NCBI GenBank assembly: GCA_035574455.1 | Contig: DATLYT010000110.1 | Span: forward strand, 8,882-72,881 | DNA length: 64,000 nucleotides | Reading direction: 5' to 3' | Source: Bacteroidota bacterium | GTDB taxonomy: Bacteria; Bacteroidota; Ignavibacteria; UBA10030 | Shown here: positions 1 to 11,000 of the stretch, piece after piece | How the letters are laid out: every line of letters starts with the position of its first letter | How positions within the stretch are numbered: position 1 is the stretch's first letter | Position numbers and translations under genes: made by a program | Notes under the pieces: generated by a model | Seen by the model: the letters and a program-made list of their open reading frames with translations, nothing else | What the model was told of the DNA's origin: nothing | The model's database searches: none

Positions 1-2777
1 TGGATTGTTGTCAGATTCCCCGATTGATTCCACGAGCCTGCAAGCGTCGCGATGTCTATCGTCACATTCCCCCACGAAATGCCTGAAGGTAGAGCCGTTG
101 GGCTTGTTCCTCCATTCGCCCACTTTTTAAAGACGACGGTGCTCGCTGGCTGTAAGATGCGCGTTGTGCCAGGAAAATCCGCGCTGGAGCCGTTTGAAGT
201 GCTTCCGTTGGCGTTATGGATGTACGTTCCGCCGTTGTTCACAGTGAACGTCGTCGCCGTGAACAGAGCCTGCGCCTCCAACGTCGCTCCACTATTGATA
301 GTCACCGCCGATACCGTTGCCGAGGAGGTTAATGTCACAGTATGATTAATGACCACCGACTGATTGGAAAGGGGAACAGTAAGTTGATCCCAGGTCGAAG
401 CATCGCTCCACAGACCGTTTTGGACAGACACGACAGTCGTTGACAACACGACGATCGTACTGCTGGTCGCAGACGCTAAAGTGCCCGAAGATGCAACGAC
501 GGTCCCGCTGCCGGTCGTAGCAGAGCTCAGATTAGTCCAAGACGCGACGCCAGAGCCAGCCGTCTGAGCTAAACCACCAGCATCGGTCGAGGCAAGCGTA
601 AAAGTCGAAGAGGAAAGAGTAACCGTGCCTGCAAAGTCGAGGTCAATATTACCGTTCGCATCTTGAGCAGTCACTTCCACCGGACCGATGTTTTCTCCGA
701 CAAACTTTTGACTCTGGGGTTGTACGGTAAACACAAGCTTCGTCGCCAGAACATCGATGGCATTTTTTCCGCTTGCAGAAACAGCATCGGGAAACGAAGC
801 AAATTGAGAGCTGACCGATGAGTGAGCTGCCGTTACATCACTCGCCCGAACGGCAAAGCGGAAAGCCTGATTGTCTGAGCCTGCTGGTAATGGACTCTTG
901 AGTGAGATTTTAAGAGTGAGAGTTGTCGAGCCATCATCCGGCACTGAAACGGACAAGCCGCTGAATGTAATCGACGTGGTCGAGATTGTTCCACTTGCAC
1001 GATGGGTGCTTCCTTCAAAGAGGTCTGCTGAGAGGATAACGGCACTCCAACTCGCAACGGAGTTTCCCGAAGCCTGTGAAAACGTGATCGCCGTAAGCAA
1101 CGTCGGAAGATTGTCGGTATCAGCAGAGCCGCCGCCATCACGCACACTTATCTGCCACACCTGAACGCCCTGCGAGGTAGAGAGAGGTCCAGCGGTGTTT
1201 TCAAGAGACGAAATTGAATTTGCTTCCGACGAAGGAATAGCGACAACGTCCGAACTTGCGGAGGCGATAACGTTGAAGGACGATGAGAGCGCTTGTGTCA
1301 ACGTTCCGGAGGTCGCTCGAAGTCTCACGCCGTCTTCGACGGTATCGTAACGCAGATCCGTCCACGACGCGACGCCAGCCGTCGGCGAGCGCGTAAGGCC
1401 ACTCACTGCCGAGAGCGTTCCCGTGCCTGTTTCGCGGCTAAGAGTAATATCGGTCGTGTAATCGTGATCGGTATTCTGGTTGGCGTCTTGAGCGGCAACG
1501 GCGACAGAGAAATCAGCATTCAATGGAACCACCGATGGTGGGCTGATCGTAAAAGAAAGCTTCGTTGCAGTGACTTCAATCCGATTTTTGTCACCAGATA
1601 CATCGCTTGTTTGTGCTGAAAACGAAGCAAATCCTGAACTCGTTCCTCCGCTTGCAGCTGACACGTCGCTGCTAGAAATCTGAAATTGGAGCTGCGAATT
1701 ATCGGCGACAGTCGTTTTAAAAGTCAGGTACAGGTCAATCGTTTTCGAGCCGTCGTCCGGAGCTGTGACGCTCGTCCCCGAAAGCCCTGAGAAGACTAAA
1801 CTGGTAGCACCGATGGCGGTTGCATCCGCGATCTTTGTAGACCCATCGAACAACGTCGCTTGACGGATGACTGTGGACCAGTCGGGAATACCATTGTATT
1901 CTCCTTGGGTGATCGTGACAGCAGAGAGAATGGTCGGCAACTCATCGCCGTCCGCGCTCCCACCGCCGTCGCGAATGGTGAAGGACCAGACGCGTACGCC
2001 GTTGGACGTTTCATTGATGGTACTGGATGAGAAGCTCGCATAGTCAATGTTTAGCATCTCGTTATTTGCAGCTTGAATATCAGAAGATGCAGAAAAACCA
2101 TCCGGCGTAAGAGAAAAATCGTCGACGGCAAGACCGTCATCGGAGCCAGAAGCGTCGATGTCAATCCAACGTACCCAAAACGTAGCGCCGTGCGGTAGTG
2201 ACATGCCAGAGATGGTTGAGTTCAATACAACTCGAAACGCAGAGGAATTCCCATCCCTCGAACCTGCTACTCCAGATGTATCCGGGGTTCCAAACGAGAG
2301 ATCCGAAACGGAGGTCCATGTCCCGGTAGTGAGACTCGATGCGTCGAAGCTGACCTCGAATCGAAGTGAATCGAAACGATTTCTCGTCCCTAACCTCCAC
2401 AACTCACCAACATACGAAATGGTAAGTGCCGTTATCGTTCCGTGTGTTATGTTGGTGAAGCTCACACCTATCGTCGGAATCAAACTATTACTTCGCAATC
2501 CCCCAAACGCTCGCTCTGTTGATCCACTCGCACCGAAACTGTAGGTATCCCCAGTTGTACTGCTGCCTGTTCCAGCCGTGTATGTCGTGTTCGCATTCGT
2601 GCCACTTTCACTAAAAGCCCAGCCTGTGGGAAGCGTGCTGGATGGACCTGAATTCGCGAGAGAATTGAAATCCTGATAGTAGGTTGTCCCCAGAGCTGTT
2701 AAACTGACCTGACTCAATCCCGTTGAAGAGAAAGTATAAATGAGCAAACCAAAGACAACGAACAGTGTTCGCCCCAT
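1..2777 (-). CDS. N-terminal part (about 925 aa in window) of a giant secreted repeat protein. The gene continues past the window start and is partial. It has a signal peptide, a lectin-like N-terminal domain and tandem ~170-aa repeats.
   Basis: By-eye translation from the ATG at 2775-2777 (minus) gives MGRTLFVVFGLLIYTFSSTGLSQ..., an open frame all the way to position 1 with no stop. Internal repeats recur in an adhesin-like S/T/G-rich composition (..VRDGGGSADxDxLPTxLxAxTxxQ..SWSxVI..LFxGST..). The ORF track misses it because there is no in-window stop. Confidence 0.55.
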   Translation of the reverse strand, partial: MGRTLFVVFGLLIYTFSSTGLSQVSLTALGTTYYQDFNSLANSGPSSTLPTGWAFSESGTNANTTYTAGTGSSTTGDTYSFGASGSTERAFGGLRSNSLIPTIGVSFTNITHGTITALTISYVGELWRLGTRNRFDSLRFEVSFDASSLTTGTWTSVSDLSFGTPDTSGVAGSRDGNSSAFRVVLNSTISGMSLPHGATFWVRWIDIDASGSDDGLAVDDFSLTPDGFSASSDIQAANNEMLNIDYASFSSSTINETSNGVRVWSFTIRDGGGSADGDELPTILSAVTITQGEYNGIPDWSTVIRQATLFDGSTKIADATAIGATSLVFSGLSGTSVTAPDDGSKTIDLYLTFKTTVADNSQLQFQISSSDVSAASGGTSSGFASFSAQTSDVSGDKNRIEVTATKLSFTISPPSVVPLNADFSVAVAAQDANQNTDHDYTTDITLSRETGTGTLSAVSGLTRSPTAGVASWTDLRYDTVEDGVRLRATSGTLTQALSSSFNVIASASSDVVAIPSSEANSISSLENTAGPLSTSQGVQVWQISVRDGGGSADTDNLPTLLTAITFSQASGNSVASWSAVILSADLFEGSTHRASGTISTTSITFSGLSVSVPDDGSTTLTLKISLKSPLPAGSDNQAFRFAVRASDVTAAHSSVSSQFASFPDAVSASGKNAIDVLATKLVFTVQPQSQKFVGENIGPVEVTAQDANGNIDLDFAGTVTLSSSTFTLASTDAGGLAQTAGSGVASWTNLSSATTGSGTVVASSGTLASATSSTIVVLSTTVVSVQNGLWSDASTWDQLTVPLSNQSVVINHTVTLTSSATVSAVTINSGATLEAQALFTATTFTVNNGGTYIHNANGSTSNGSSADFPGTTRILQPASTVVFKKWANGGTSPTALPSGISWGNVTIDIATLAGSWNQSGNLTTI

Positions 2778-3292
2778 AGCAGTAATAACTGAAGATTGGT
2801 GGTAAAGATACTGGAGAAGAAAAAATTTATTCTGTTAAAATAACGAATGAGATTAAGTATTCTTCACGTAAAACGCAAGTGAAATACTGGCTCAGGGAGG
2901 GGATCTCGAACCACTCCTAACTTACTGCAACCCCTCTCTTTGGCCAATCTGACGTTTGTTTTCAAGACGTGGCCGTGATGCGGGGAGAAAGTGAACCACC
3001 AACAGAACGAAAATTACCTAGCTTTTCACGAAACGGCCTACGAGAACCTTCTAGGGGACGTAAGGATTGAGAATTCTTCGAAACGATTGGAGGGTAATAA
3101 AGTGTGGTGGGAACCTCAAGAAACTACTCATCCCTTTTGAAGGAAGAAAGGGCAATGCAACAGCGATATCTTATTCCGAGAAAAAACTTAGAAGCCGTAC
3201 CTGCAACGAAGGGAGAATTCTTTGAGCCATCATTCAACGCTTTTTGACTCACTCCGAACGTTAAACAAGCGATAAAATCAGCCCGGGGGTGA

Positions 3293-6200
3293 CTATTTCA
3301 TCAGAACCACTTTGCGTGACGCAACAAATCTTCTGCCCGATTCAATCACCACTGCCTCCATCCGCACGAGATAGACACCGCTCGCCTGGTGACTCGCAGC
3401 CCAGACTGTCCTATAGGAACCCGGCCCAACCTGCTCATTGAGAAGTTTCTCGATCGTTCTGCCAAGAAGATTGACGATCTCGATCTTGACCGTACTCCTC
3501 ACTGGCACACCAAACCCGATCGTCGCTACAGGATTGAACGGGTTCGGAAACGGCTCTGTCAGAACAAACTCTGTGGGAACGCTGGCCAGCAACTGTTCAA
3601 CCGCTGTCGGCGGTGTGAGATCGATGGTGAAGGCATTCGGGAGCGTCGCCGTACCGCCACCGGGTGCATTGTTGGTAACGGAAACACTCACCGACCCGGC
3701 AGCGGCAGTCGGTGAAACGGTGATGTTTACCTGCATGCTGGTGAAACTCAACACCGTTTTTGAGTTGACAGTAATGCCGGTGGCAAAACTAGGTTCCGTC
3801 GCATCGGTAAAGAACCCGGTCCCTGTGAAGATCACATTCAGTACGCTCCCCCTTCCCGCGCGGTCAGGAGTGATGCTCGTTAGCGTCGGCACCGGATTCG
3901 TTACGGTGAACGCGTTGGAGAGCGTGGCAACTCCGCCTCCGGGACCGCTATTCGAGACAGAGACCGACCGTGGACCGGTCACAGCGTTCGTATCGATGCT
4001 CACCGTTGCTCTCATTTGCACGCCGCTGAGGATATCCACTGCATGGATGTTGATGCCCGGGCCCAATCCCACAGAACTTATACCAGCGAGGAAATTCGTC
4101 CCGTTGAATAGAACCTGGGCACTTTCCCCACGCGAACCTGAGGTCGGAGCAATGCTGACCAATGTCGGTACAGGATTCAACACTGAAAACGCATTCGGCA
4201 ATGAAGCGACTCCACCGCCCGGAGCTGGATTTGTTACAGTAACCGTAACCGGACCACCGGAGGCAGTCGAGTCAATCCGGATATGCACGCTCAACTGTAC
4301 GGCGCTTACTACTATTAGCGAGTCAACCGTTATTCCTGCCCCAAAGCTGACGGCCAGTCCGGAGACGAACTTCGTTCCGGCAATCGTCACAGTCAGACTT
4401 TGACCTCTCGCACCATTGCTCGGGAGAACAGAAAGAATCGTGGGGATGGGGTTGCCCACCGTGAAGCTATTGACCAGCGTGGCCGTCCCGCCCCCCGGGG
4501 CAGCATTGATGACGGAAACACTATGGGCTCCTAACGCTGCGGTTATGCTAATCCTGGCCCAGACGGTGAGTTGTGTCGGACTTGTTACTCTAACAGAATC
4601 CACCGTAACATCCGCGCCAAAGCTTACCGCAGTGACACCTCCCACAAATCCGGTTCCGGTAATAGTAATGGCAAGGGTATCGCCGCGGGAGCCGCTATTC
4701 GGCGAGATGGTCGTGGCTGTGGGGAGTGCATGAACTGTTGTAAAGCTGAACGGAGCGGAGAATCCACTGAATCCCGACGCATTGGAAGCCCCAACGCGCC
4801 AAGAGTACTGTGTGCTAAAGTTTAATCCCGCCACGGCAAATGCGGTCGTTGCGATGTCCGACTGGTCAAGAAACAGCGTGGAAAAGTCGCTTTGCGTCGA
4901 GACCTGAAGCCGATAGGACGTCGCTCCCTCAGAGGCAACCCAACCGAGGATTGTGTTGACAGGAATCCCCGTCGCTCCATTAGCAGGAACACTGAGGGTT
5001 GGTACAGCCGGCGGAGGGGGTGGCTGTGCCGTGGTCGTGAAACTTCGCACGGTTGAGAAGGGACTGGTTTCACTTCCCTTCGACGCACTTACGCGCCAAT
5101 AGTAGACCGTACTAAATACTAATCCTGAGGCGGCATGGGAAGTGGCAATGATCCCAGCCTGATTCACCACAAACGTGGAAAAATCCGACACCAACGACAG
5201 TTGGAAGGTATACGATGTTGCCCCGGTCGCAGCAGTCCAGCTGAAGGTAGGAGCGGTTGAGACATTCATGGCACCGTCGACGGGCGACAGCAACTGCGGT
5301 GCGGCGAGGACGGTGGTGACTGTACGATAGACGGAGAATGCACTGCTTCCTCCCACATTGATCGCGCTCACACGCCAGACGTACTGCGTCCCGTTCGCGA
5401 GCGTGGGCGTCGTCAAGGACGTATCGGCAACATTACTCTGGTCGATCACGAGGACGGAAAAACTTGTGTCGGTAGAAACCTGCACCCGATACGAGGTTGC
5501 ACGACTTGCGGTGAGCCAACGCAACGTGGGGGTAACCGAGACTCCGGTCGCTCCATCGGCAGGAGACTCGAGCGCGGGGATCGCGGGAGCTGCAACCACC
5601 GTCCGAAACATGCGTGGTGCTGAGAAGGGACCTGTTCCTCCTGTGTTTCGTGCACTCGCACGCCAGTAATAGACCGTATCGTTAAGTAGTCCTGACACGG
5701 AATAGGATGTGGAGGCAATACCGCTCTGGTCAAGCACAAGCGACGTAAAGTCAATTGATAGAGAGAGCTGGAGAGTATAGTCCGTCGCTCCCGGTGTGGC
5801 GTTCCAACTCAACGTTGGACTGACCGGGACATTCGCGGCACTATCGACCGGCATGATCAGTGACGGGGCAACGGGCGGTGCAATAACCGTGGTGAAGCCT
5901 CTCGGCGGTGAGAACGCGCTGGAGCCGCCGGCGTTGGAAGCGGCTACACGCCAGTAGTAGAGCGTGCTATTGCTGAGCCCTGTGACATTCAAACTCGTGC
6001 CGACAATTCCTGTCGAATCTACCATCAACGTGTCAAACAGAGCGTTCTTCGACACTTGCAGACGGTAGTGTGTTGCCGTGGCTGAGACATTCCAACTAAG
6101 CGTCGGATTGATGGGGACATCCACCGCCCCGTCAAGCGGCGAGAGCAAGGTTGGAATGGGCGGTACGAGGTTACCGATCGACAATCGTCCATGTAGAAAT

Positions 6201-7933
6201 GTCGCTGTCGGCGTGGAGGGACCTGGCTCGTTGAACCGGAAGAAGACGAAATTCAGATTGCTCGACTGTCCTATGGTCGCAGTCGGAGCCGGCCGGAATC
6301 GGAGTTTGGCGAGCACACCGCTGCCGGCAAGTGCAGTGGAACCAGCGGAAGCAATCCGGAGTGTGTCCAACGTATCCTTGACCGAGACCGTATAGCCTGA
6401 GCTCATTGTCGATGCAAGAACCACGTCCGAGAACAAGACAACCGACCTGTTGTACGTTATTCTGAGCTCGTACGAGAGCACCCCCAGTCCCGTCACATTC
6501 TCGGTAAACAGTGGAACGTCGAGGGAATCTGCCGGCCCGACGAGTGTATCGGGCAGACTGACCCGAATATCGTTGACGACAATGGAGCCCGTCGTGGCCG
6601 AAAAACTAAAAGAATCGACAACCCTGACGTTCGTCGTCCCTCGAGCCAATGCCGTCAGCAATCCGGTCGACGGATTGATGGAGGCAACCGCGGGGTTCGT
6701 TGACGACCAGGTATAGGCCGGTGTGCCTCCGCTCGTGACGTTGAAGCGGAGAGTATCGCCGCGAGTCAGAATCGCCGTATTGGGAGCAATGACCACCGTC
6801 GGTGCGGCAAGCGGGAAAAACGTTCCATTAACGGTAGTGGCATTAATCGATTCATTGAACAGCACATTGGAGAACGCGACTGTGGTGGAGCCGGATGCCG
6901 TCGCACCCACTCGGAATCGTACATAGACAAGGACGCCGCTCCCACTCAACGGCTGTGTTCCCGCCAGAGCAATATCGATCCGCCCACTACTTGCTTGAAA
7001 CGACGGCGCAGACCAGGTAGAGGTCGCGCTGCCCGCCGTCATGACATCAATCGCCTGGAGCAGATTGGCGTTATAGGTTAGGGAAAATTGACCCGCAATG
7101 ATCCCTAGGCCGGTTACATCTGACATGTAGATCGGAAGGTTAAATTCCAACGTTTGGGTAAACGAGGTGTCGCGAACCATCAGCGTCAGGCTTCGCAGGA
7201 GTGCAGAGTTGATCGGAAAGAGGTTTGTCGAATCGGCAAGACCCCGTGCGTCGTTAACAAAAACCTTGAGCTGCCCCACGCCCACTGCGCGGAGTTTTCC
7301 GTTCTGGTCGATCGTTGCCACGGAAGGATTCGACGACGTCCACGACAGAGGAAGCTGCTGGTCGCCGTTCACACTGAACTGCAACGAGTCGCCCACCACG
7401 AGTGTCGTAGGAGGATTCTTCGGAGAGACCGCGATATTGAGATACCGGAAATAGCCATTGTCGATGCTTGCTGTGGGATTGCCCTCGTTCAGGATTGCCG
7501 AGGGGATTTTGATCGAATCGGTAAGTGCCGAGGGGTTCTGCAAGCCCGCAACTTTGAGGTAGACCAGCACTCCGCTACCCGTAATGAGCGAGCTGGATGC
7601 AAAGGCGAGCCGGCGCGTGGTCGTGTTGTAGAGAACGCTGACCGAACCCTGATTGAGGAGCGATCCTCCAATCTCAATGCCATAGACGTTAAGCACACCG
7701 GCATTGAACGAGAGTGTGAACTGTCCGGAATAGATACTGTCCGTTGTTGCGATCGACGATACCCGAATGGGGATGAGCAGCGTATCCCCCTTCTTCGCCG
7801 TCGTATCGGGAATGGTGAACTGAATGATTCCCGAGGGCAGCGACGAAGCGGTCGACGCGACTGCGCCGAGCAACAGGAAGCCGATGGCGAAGGAGCGGCA
7901 AAGTCGTCTAAGCGTCATGGTGTTCTTATTCAT
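3293..7933 (-). CDS. Multidomain T9SS-secreted surface protein (about 1545 aa): three cohesin-like modules alternating with Big_2-like Ig domains, five FN3-like repeats, four IPT/TIG-like repeats and a C-terminal Por_Secre_tail sorting domain.
   Basis: 1551-aa ORF. The signal peptide starts after MNKNTMTLRRL (ATG at 7933 or 7918; the track's 7948 start is TTG). Cohesin-like modules: GQFTLSFNAGVL..GSGVLVYLKV, GQFSLTYNANLL..GSGVLVYVRF, YELRITYNRSVV..GSGVLAKLRF. Five repeats of PxLxSPxDGAxxV..PTLSW..GATxYxLQVS..TxYYWRVxAxNxGG. Four repeats of P.IxSxxPxSGxRG..xVTIxGTxF...VSFGxGxxV.S. C-terminus NPFNP..GSYRTVW..GVYLVRMEAV. Confidence 0.85.
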   Translation of the reverse strand: MNKNTMTLRRLCRSFAIGFLLLGAVASTASSLPSGIIQFTIPDTTAKKGDTLLIPIRVSSIATTDSIYSGQFTLSFNAGVLNVYGIEIGGSLLNQGSVSVLYNTTTRRLAFASSSLITGSGVLVYLKVAGLQNPSALTDSIKIPSAILNEGNPTASIDNGYFRYLNIAVSPKNPPTTLVVGDSLQFSVNGDQQLPLSWTSSNPSVATIDQNGKLRAVGVGQLKVFVNDARGLADSTNLFPINSALLRSLTLMVRDTSFTQTLEFNLPIYMSDVTGLGIIAGQFSLTYNANLLQAIDVMTAGSATSTWSAPSFQASSGRIDIALAGTQPLSGSGVLVYVRFRVGATASGSTTVAFSNVLFNESINATTVNGTFFPLAAPTVVIAPNTAILTRGDTLRFNVTSGGTPAYTWSSTNPAVASINPSTGLLTALARGTTNVRVVDSFSFSATTGSIVVNDIRVSLPDTLVGPADSLDVPLFTENVTGLGVLSYELRITYNRSVVLFSDVVLASTMSSGYTVSVKDTLDTLRIASAGSTALAGSGVLAKLRFRPAPTATIGQSSNLNFVFFRFNEPGPSTPTATFLHGRLSIGNLVPPIPTLLSPLDGAVDVPINPTLSWNVSATATHYRLQVSKNALFDTLMVDSTGIVGTSLNVTGLSNSTLYYWRVAASNAGGSSAFSPPRGFTTVIAPPVAPSLIMPVDSAANVPVSPTLSWNATPGATDYTLQLSLSIDFTSLVLDQSGIASTSYSVSGLLNDTVYYWRASARNTGGTGPFSAPRMFRTVVAAPAIPALESPADGATGVSVTPTLRWLTASRATSYRVQVSTDTSFSVLVIDQSNVADTSLTTPTLANGTQYVWRVSAINVGGSSAFSVYRTVTTVLAAPQLLSPVDGAMNVSTAPTFSWTAATGATSYTFQLSLVSDFSTFVVNQAGIIATSHAASGLVFSTVYYWRVSASKGSETSPFSTVRSFTTTAQPPPPPAVPTLSVPANGATGIPVNTILGWVASEGATSYRLQVSTQSDFSTLFLDQSDIATTAFAVAGLNFSTQYSWRVGASNASGFSGFSAPFSFTTVHALPTATTISPNSGSRGDTLAITITGTGFVGGVTAVSFGADVTVDSVRVTSPTQLTVWARISITAALGAHSVSVINAAPGGGTATLVNSFTVGNPIPTILSVLPSNGARGQSLTVTIAGTKFVSGLAVSFGAGITVDSLIVVSAVQLSVHIRIDSTASGGPVTVTVTNPAPGGGVASLPNAFSVLNPVPTLVSIAPTSGSRGESAQVLFNGTNFLAGISSVGLGPGINIHAVDILSGVQMRATVSIDTNAVTGPRSVSVSNSGPGGGVATLSNAFTVTNPVPTLTSITPDRAGRGSVLNVIFTGTGFFTDATEPSFATGITVNSKTVLSFTSMQVNITVSPTAAAGSVSVSVTNNAPGGGTATLPNAFTIDLTPPTAVEQLLASVPTEFVLTEPFPNPFNPVATIGFGVPVRSTVKIEIVNLLGRTIEKLLNEQVGPGSYRTVWAASHQASGVYLVRMEAVVIESGRRFVASRKVVLMK

Positions 7934-8000
7934 CGTCAAATGAAGCAAACGGTAATCCTCGTGCAGTTTTGAGAACGCGACCGAGTCACACGAGGGCTTG

Positions 8001-11000
8001 CTACTTCACCAAGATCATCTTCTTCGATGCTGCGTATGTCCATCGATCATCGGCTACTGCATCGATGCGATAGAAGTAGACACCGCTGGAGACTGCATGG
8101 CCTGCTGCATTCCTGCCATCCCAGTTGACCCGGTAGACGCCCGCCGGCTGTTCAGAAGCGACGAGGGTCTGAATCTGCTGTCCCAACATATCGTACACTC
8201 GCAGCGTGACACGACTCTGGACGGGCAGATGGTACTCCAGCGTCGTGCTAGGGTTGAACGGATTGGGATAATTCTGCAGCAGCTCGAACGTCGTCGGAAT
8301 CTCTCTCCGTTGCTCCACGTTGACGACCACCGGCCCTGTTTGCGACGTGAGGTTCGTTTCATTCAACAAGAACCTGGTGAAGGTCAAGGAGAAGGCCGGC
8401 GCCTGTTGCTTCACCTTGAATACGATGGTCACCAAATCGCCTTCGTTGCTTGTCGGGACGGTTCCCGCCAAAGCGACTCGTGCAACGAGGGACTGGAAGT
8501 TATGGAAAAGCATCATGCTATCCGACAAGACAGTTTTCCGAACCTCAACAGGAGCGAGCTGTGTAGAGTCATAGGCAAGATGGATTTCCGTCGAATAGAT
8601 CGGTATGGACCCATCCACGCGAAGTGTCAGATGGAGTTCATCAGCGACAGGCCGTGCGGTTCGGAATTCAAACGCCGCGGTTGTCTCGTTGCCGACAAGT
8701 TTTCCAGCCGGGAAGCCCGTAATTAAGCCAACCACGTAGCGCAGAATCAACGAGGCATCGAACGCCGTGACCGTGCCATCGCCACTAACATCGGCGGCGA
8801 TCGTCTGTGACGGGCTGAGGGTATACAAACTAACGACGGACTGCAAGACCAGGGCGGCATCGAACGCCGAGATCGTCCCGTTCTGGCTGACATCCCCAAT
8901 GAGAATACCCGAACGCGCGGTCAGGAATGGGCGGTACGTCACGGCACCGGGATTCAAGAGAATGCGATTCCCTGTGCCGGTCAGATTTTGGTCTGTACCC
9001 TGATTCACAAACGGACCGCTTGCAGCGCCCCAATAGTTGTTGATCGCGTCAATGGTAATGTTGGTGTTATTGTTGAACCCATAGGTACTGTTGTCCCGAA
9101 TGTTGTTGAACCGCAGGACGGGATTCGACGACCCCTGGGTCAGAATCCCTGTGGGGTTGTTGTGAATCTCATTCGCAGAGAGAGCCGGGGATGAGTTCAG
9201 GAGGTACAGACCGTAGTTACTGCTGAATGAAGAGCCACTAGAATCGATCGGCGCCGTCGTACCGTCGAGGCGGATATTGCCGTTGCCCGTACGACCGCCG
9301 TAGCGCACGATCGTGTTAAAGATGTGGGTTGCATTGTTCGAAGCGCCGTTGAGATAGAGCATATCCCAATCCGCCGGGCCCGGAACGGTGGCGTTGGCGT
9401 CCCCGTTCGTATCTCCACCAAACGAATCATCTTTCCACGACGTGAAAACAATCTTGCTTGCGGAGGTCCCTTCGGATTTGAGAACACCATCCACGCGGAA
9501 TCTGCCGTCCCCACCTGCTGCGCCTCCTACATATTCCCGTGGGAATTTGATCACGGTCCCCGGCGCAATCGTGAGGGTCGCTCCATTGGGGACAAAGAGA
9601 CCCCCACGCACAGCCACGACCTTGGATGTATACCCCGGCGGGAAGGACGCACCCAACAGCCCGAACACCGTTTCCTCCGTCACGAGTACATCGTTGTACG
9701 TATTCCCCGAGATCAAGACATTCTGGTACACGTTGCCGTTTGCCGTGCCCGTGCCTGCTAACGAGATTTGCCCCACCGCGCCGATCGCATACCGGTTTCC
9801 TGTAATCGAATCATCCACCACATAGGCACGGGAGGAGAAAAGTCCGGTTATCACATTATTGCGGATCTTCGTATCGGCGACAATCAACAGCGTATCGATG
9901 GCGTCGTTCCGGGCGACCAGATAGAGACCGTGACCGTTATTGTTACTCACGAGATTGCTAATGACAGAGAAGGGAACCGTATTGTTTTCGACGTAGACCC
10001 CCGTTCCGTTATTCCCCACGATTTCGCAATTCGTCATGACTGCGATCTTTGCCTGGCCTTCTACCCAGAGCCCGTACGCCCCCGCGGTTCTGCCGTTGTA
10101 GAGGAGCTTGGAATGCCGCAGCGTGATGTTCGTGCTGACACGGTCGTACGCGCGAATTCCATGCGTATTACTGCTGTCAACCGTTGTGCTGTCAATCGTG
10201 ATCGGCGTATTGTCGATGACAATCCCAGCCGCCATCGAGCGACGGACGAGGTTGTTCGAGAAAACCATCGAACCGTGGTTCCGGTAGATGTAGACGGTCT
10301 GTACATTATCACGACCCCCATACCGAAATTGACAATGACGAATGCGTGAATTTTCGCTTCCGTCCCGGAACGCGAGGTAATACCAGTCTCCCGGCGCCGG
10401 CGGAACGTAATCGTTCACCGCTGTCGTCTTCCCACCTGCCGTACTATCCCGCCACGATGTAAAGATGATCGGGTTGCCAGGAGTCCCTTCTGCTTTGAGC
10501 GTACCGTAGAGATCGAACGTCTGCCAATTGTTCGTTGGAATCTGCTGGAACTTCATAATTACACCGGGCTCTATGACCAGTGTCGTACCGTTGCTGACCT
10601 GAATATCATAGATGGCAACGTACGTTCTCGAAGTGATCGCGGCAGGGAATCGTACGGAAAGAGTATCAGAGATCGGTCCATCCCAAACAGCAATTGCATT
10701 GTTGTAGGTGTTGCCGCTGATAACGTTTCCATCGTTTCCGTTGTTGTCGGTATAGATATTTCCCAGACGGCGCCAAACCGCAAGCGGATAGCGATTGCGT
10801 TGGATGGCGTTGTCGATGAAGCGCGCGCGGCTGCTGAGAACTCCTTCTCCGGAATGGTCGGAGACAGTATTGCCGATGTAGTTGAGGTCGGTTGCAATGA
10901 CCGTGGAGTTGTTATAGATGCCCCCGTACCCGTTGTTCGTGATCGTGTTACCCTGAAAGACCTGGGGAATGGTACCATTATCCACGCCAACCCCCCATCC

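Noticed and set aside
2880-2960. tRNA-like T-arm motif (ggagtGGTTCGAGATCCcctcc, minus strand) in the AT-rich spacer.
   Set aside because: No acceptor, D or anticodon arms could be paired around it. It is just a GAGGGG/CCCCTC stem-loop enclosing a GGTTCGA-like loop, so it is not a tRNA.
2778-3292. Search for RNase P, SRP, tmRNA or 6S RNA signatures in the AT-rich spacer.
   Set aside because: None of the diagnostic conserved motifs (for example GGAAAGTCCGGGCTCC or the SRP domain IV loop) were seen. Only short hairpins are present.
3438-4403. Long plus-strand ORFs (3438..4403, 7154..7972, 7998..8726, 17695..18645, 61941..63035, 44873..45604 and others).
   Set aside because: Each lies antisense to, or out of frame within, a well-supported minus-strand gene (giant adhesins, the TonB receptor, rpoC, secY). 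They have no ribosome-binding sites or domain signatures, and open frames of that length arise readily in high-GC sequence.
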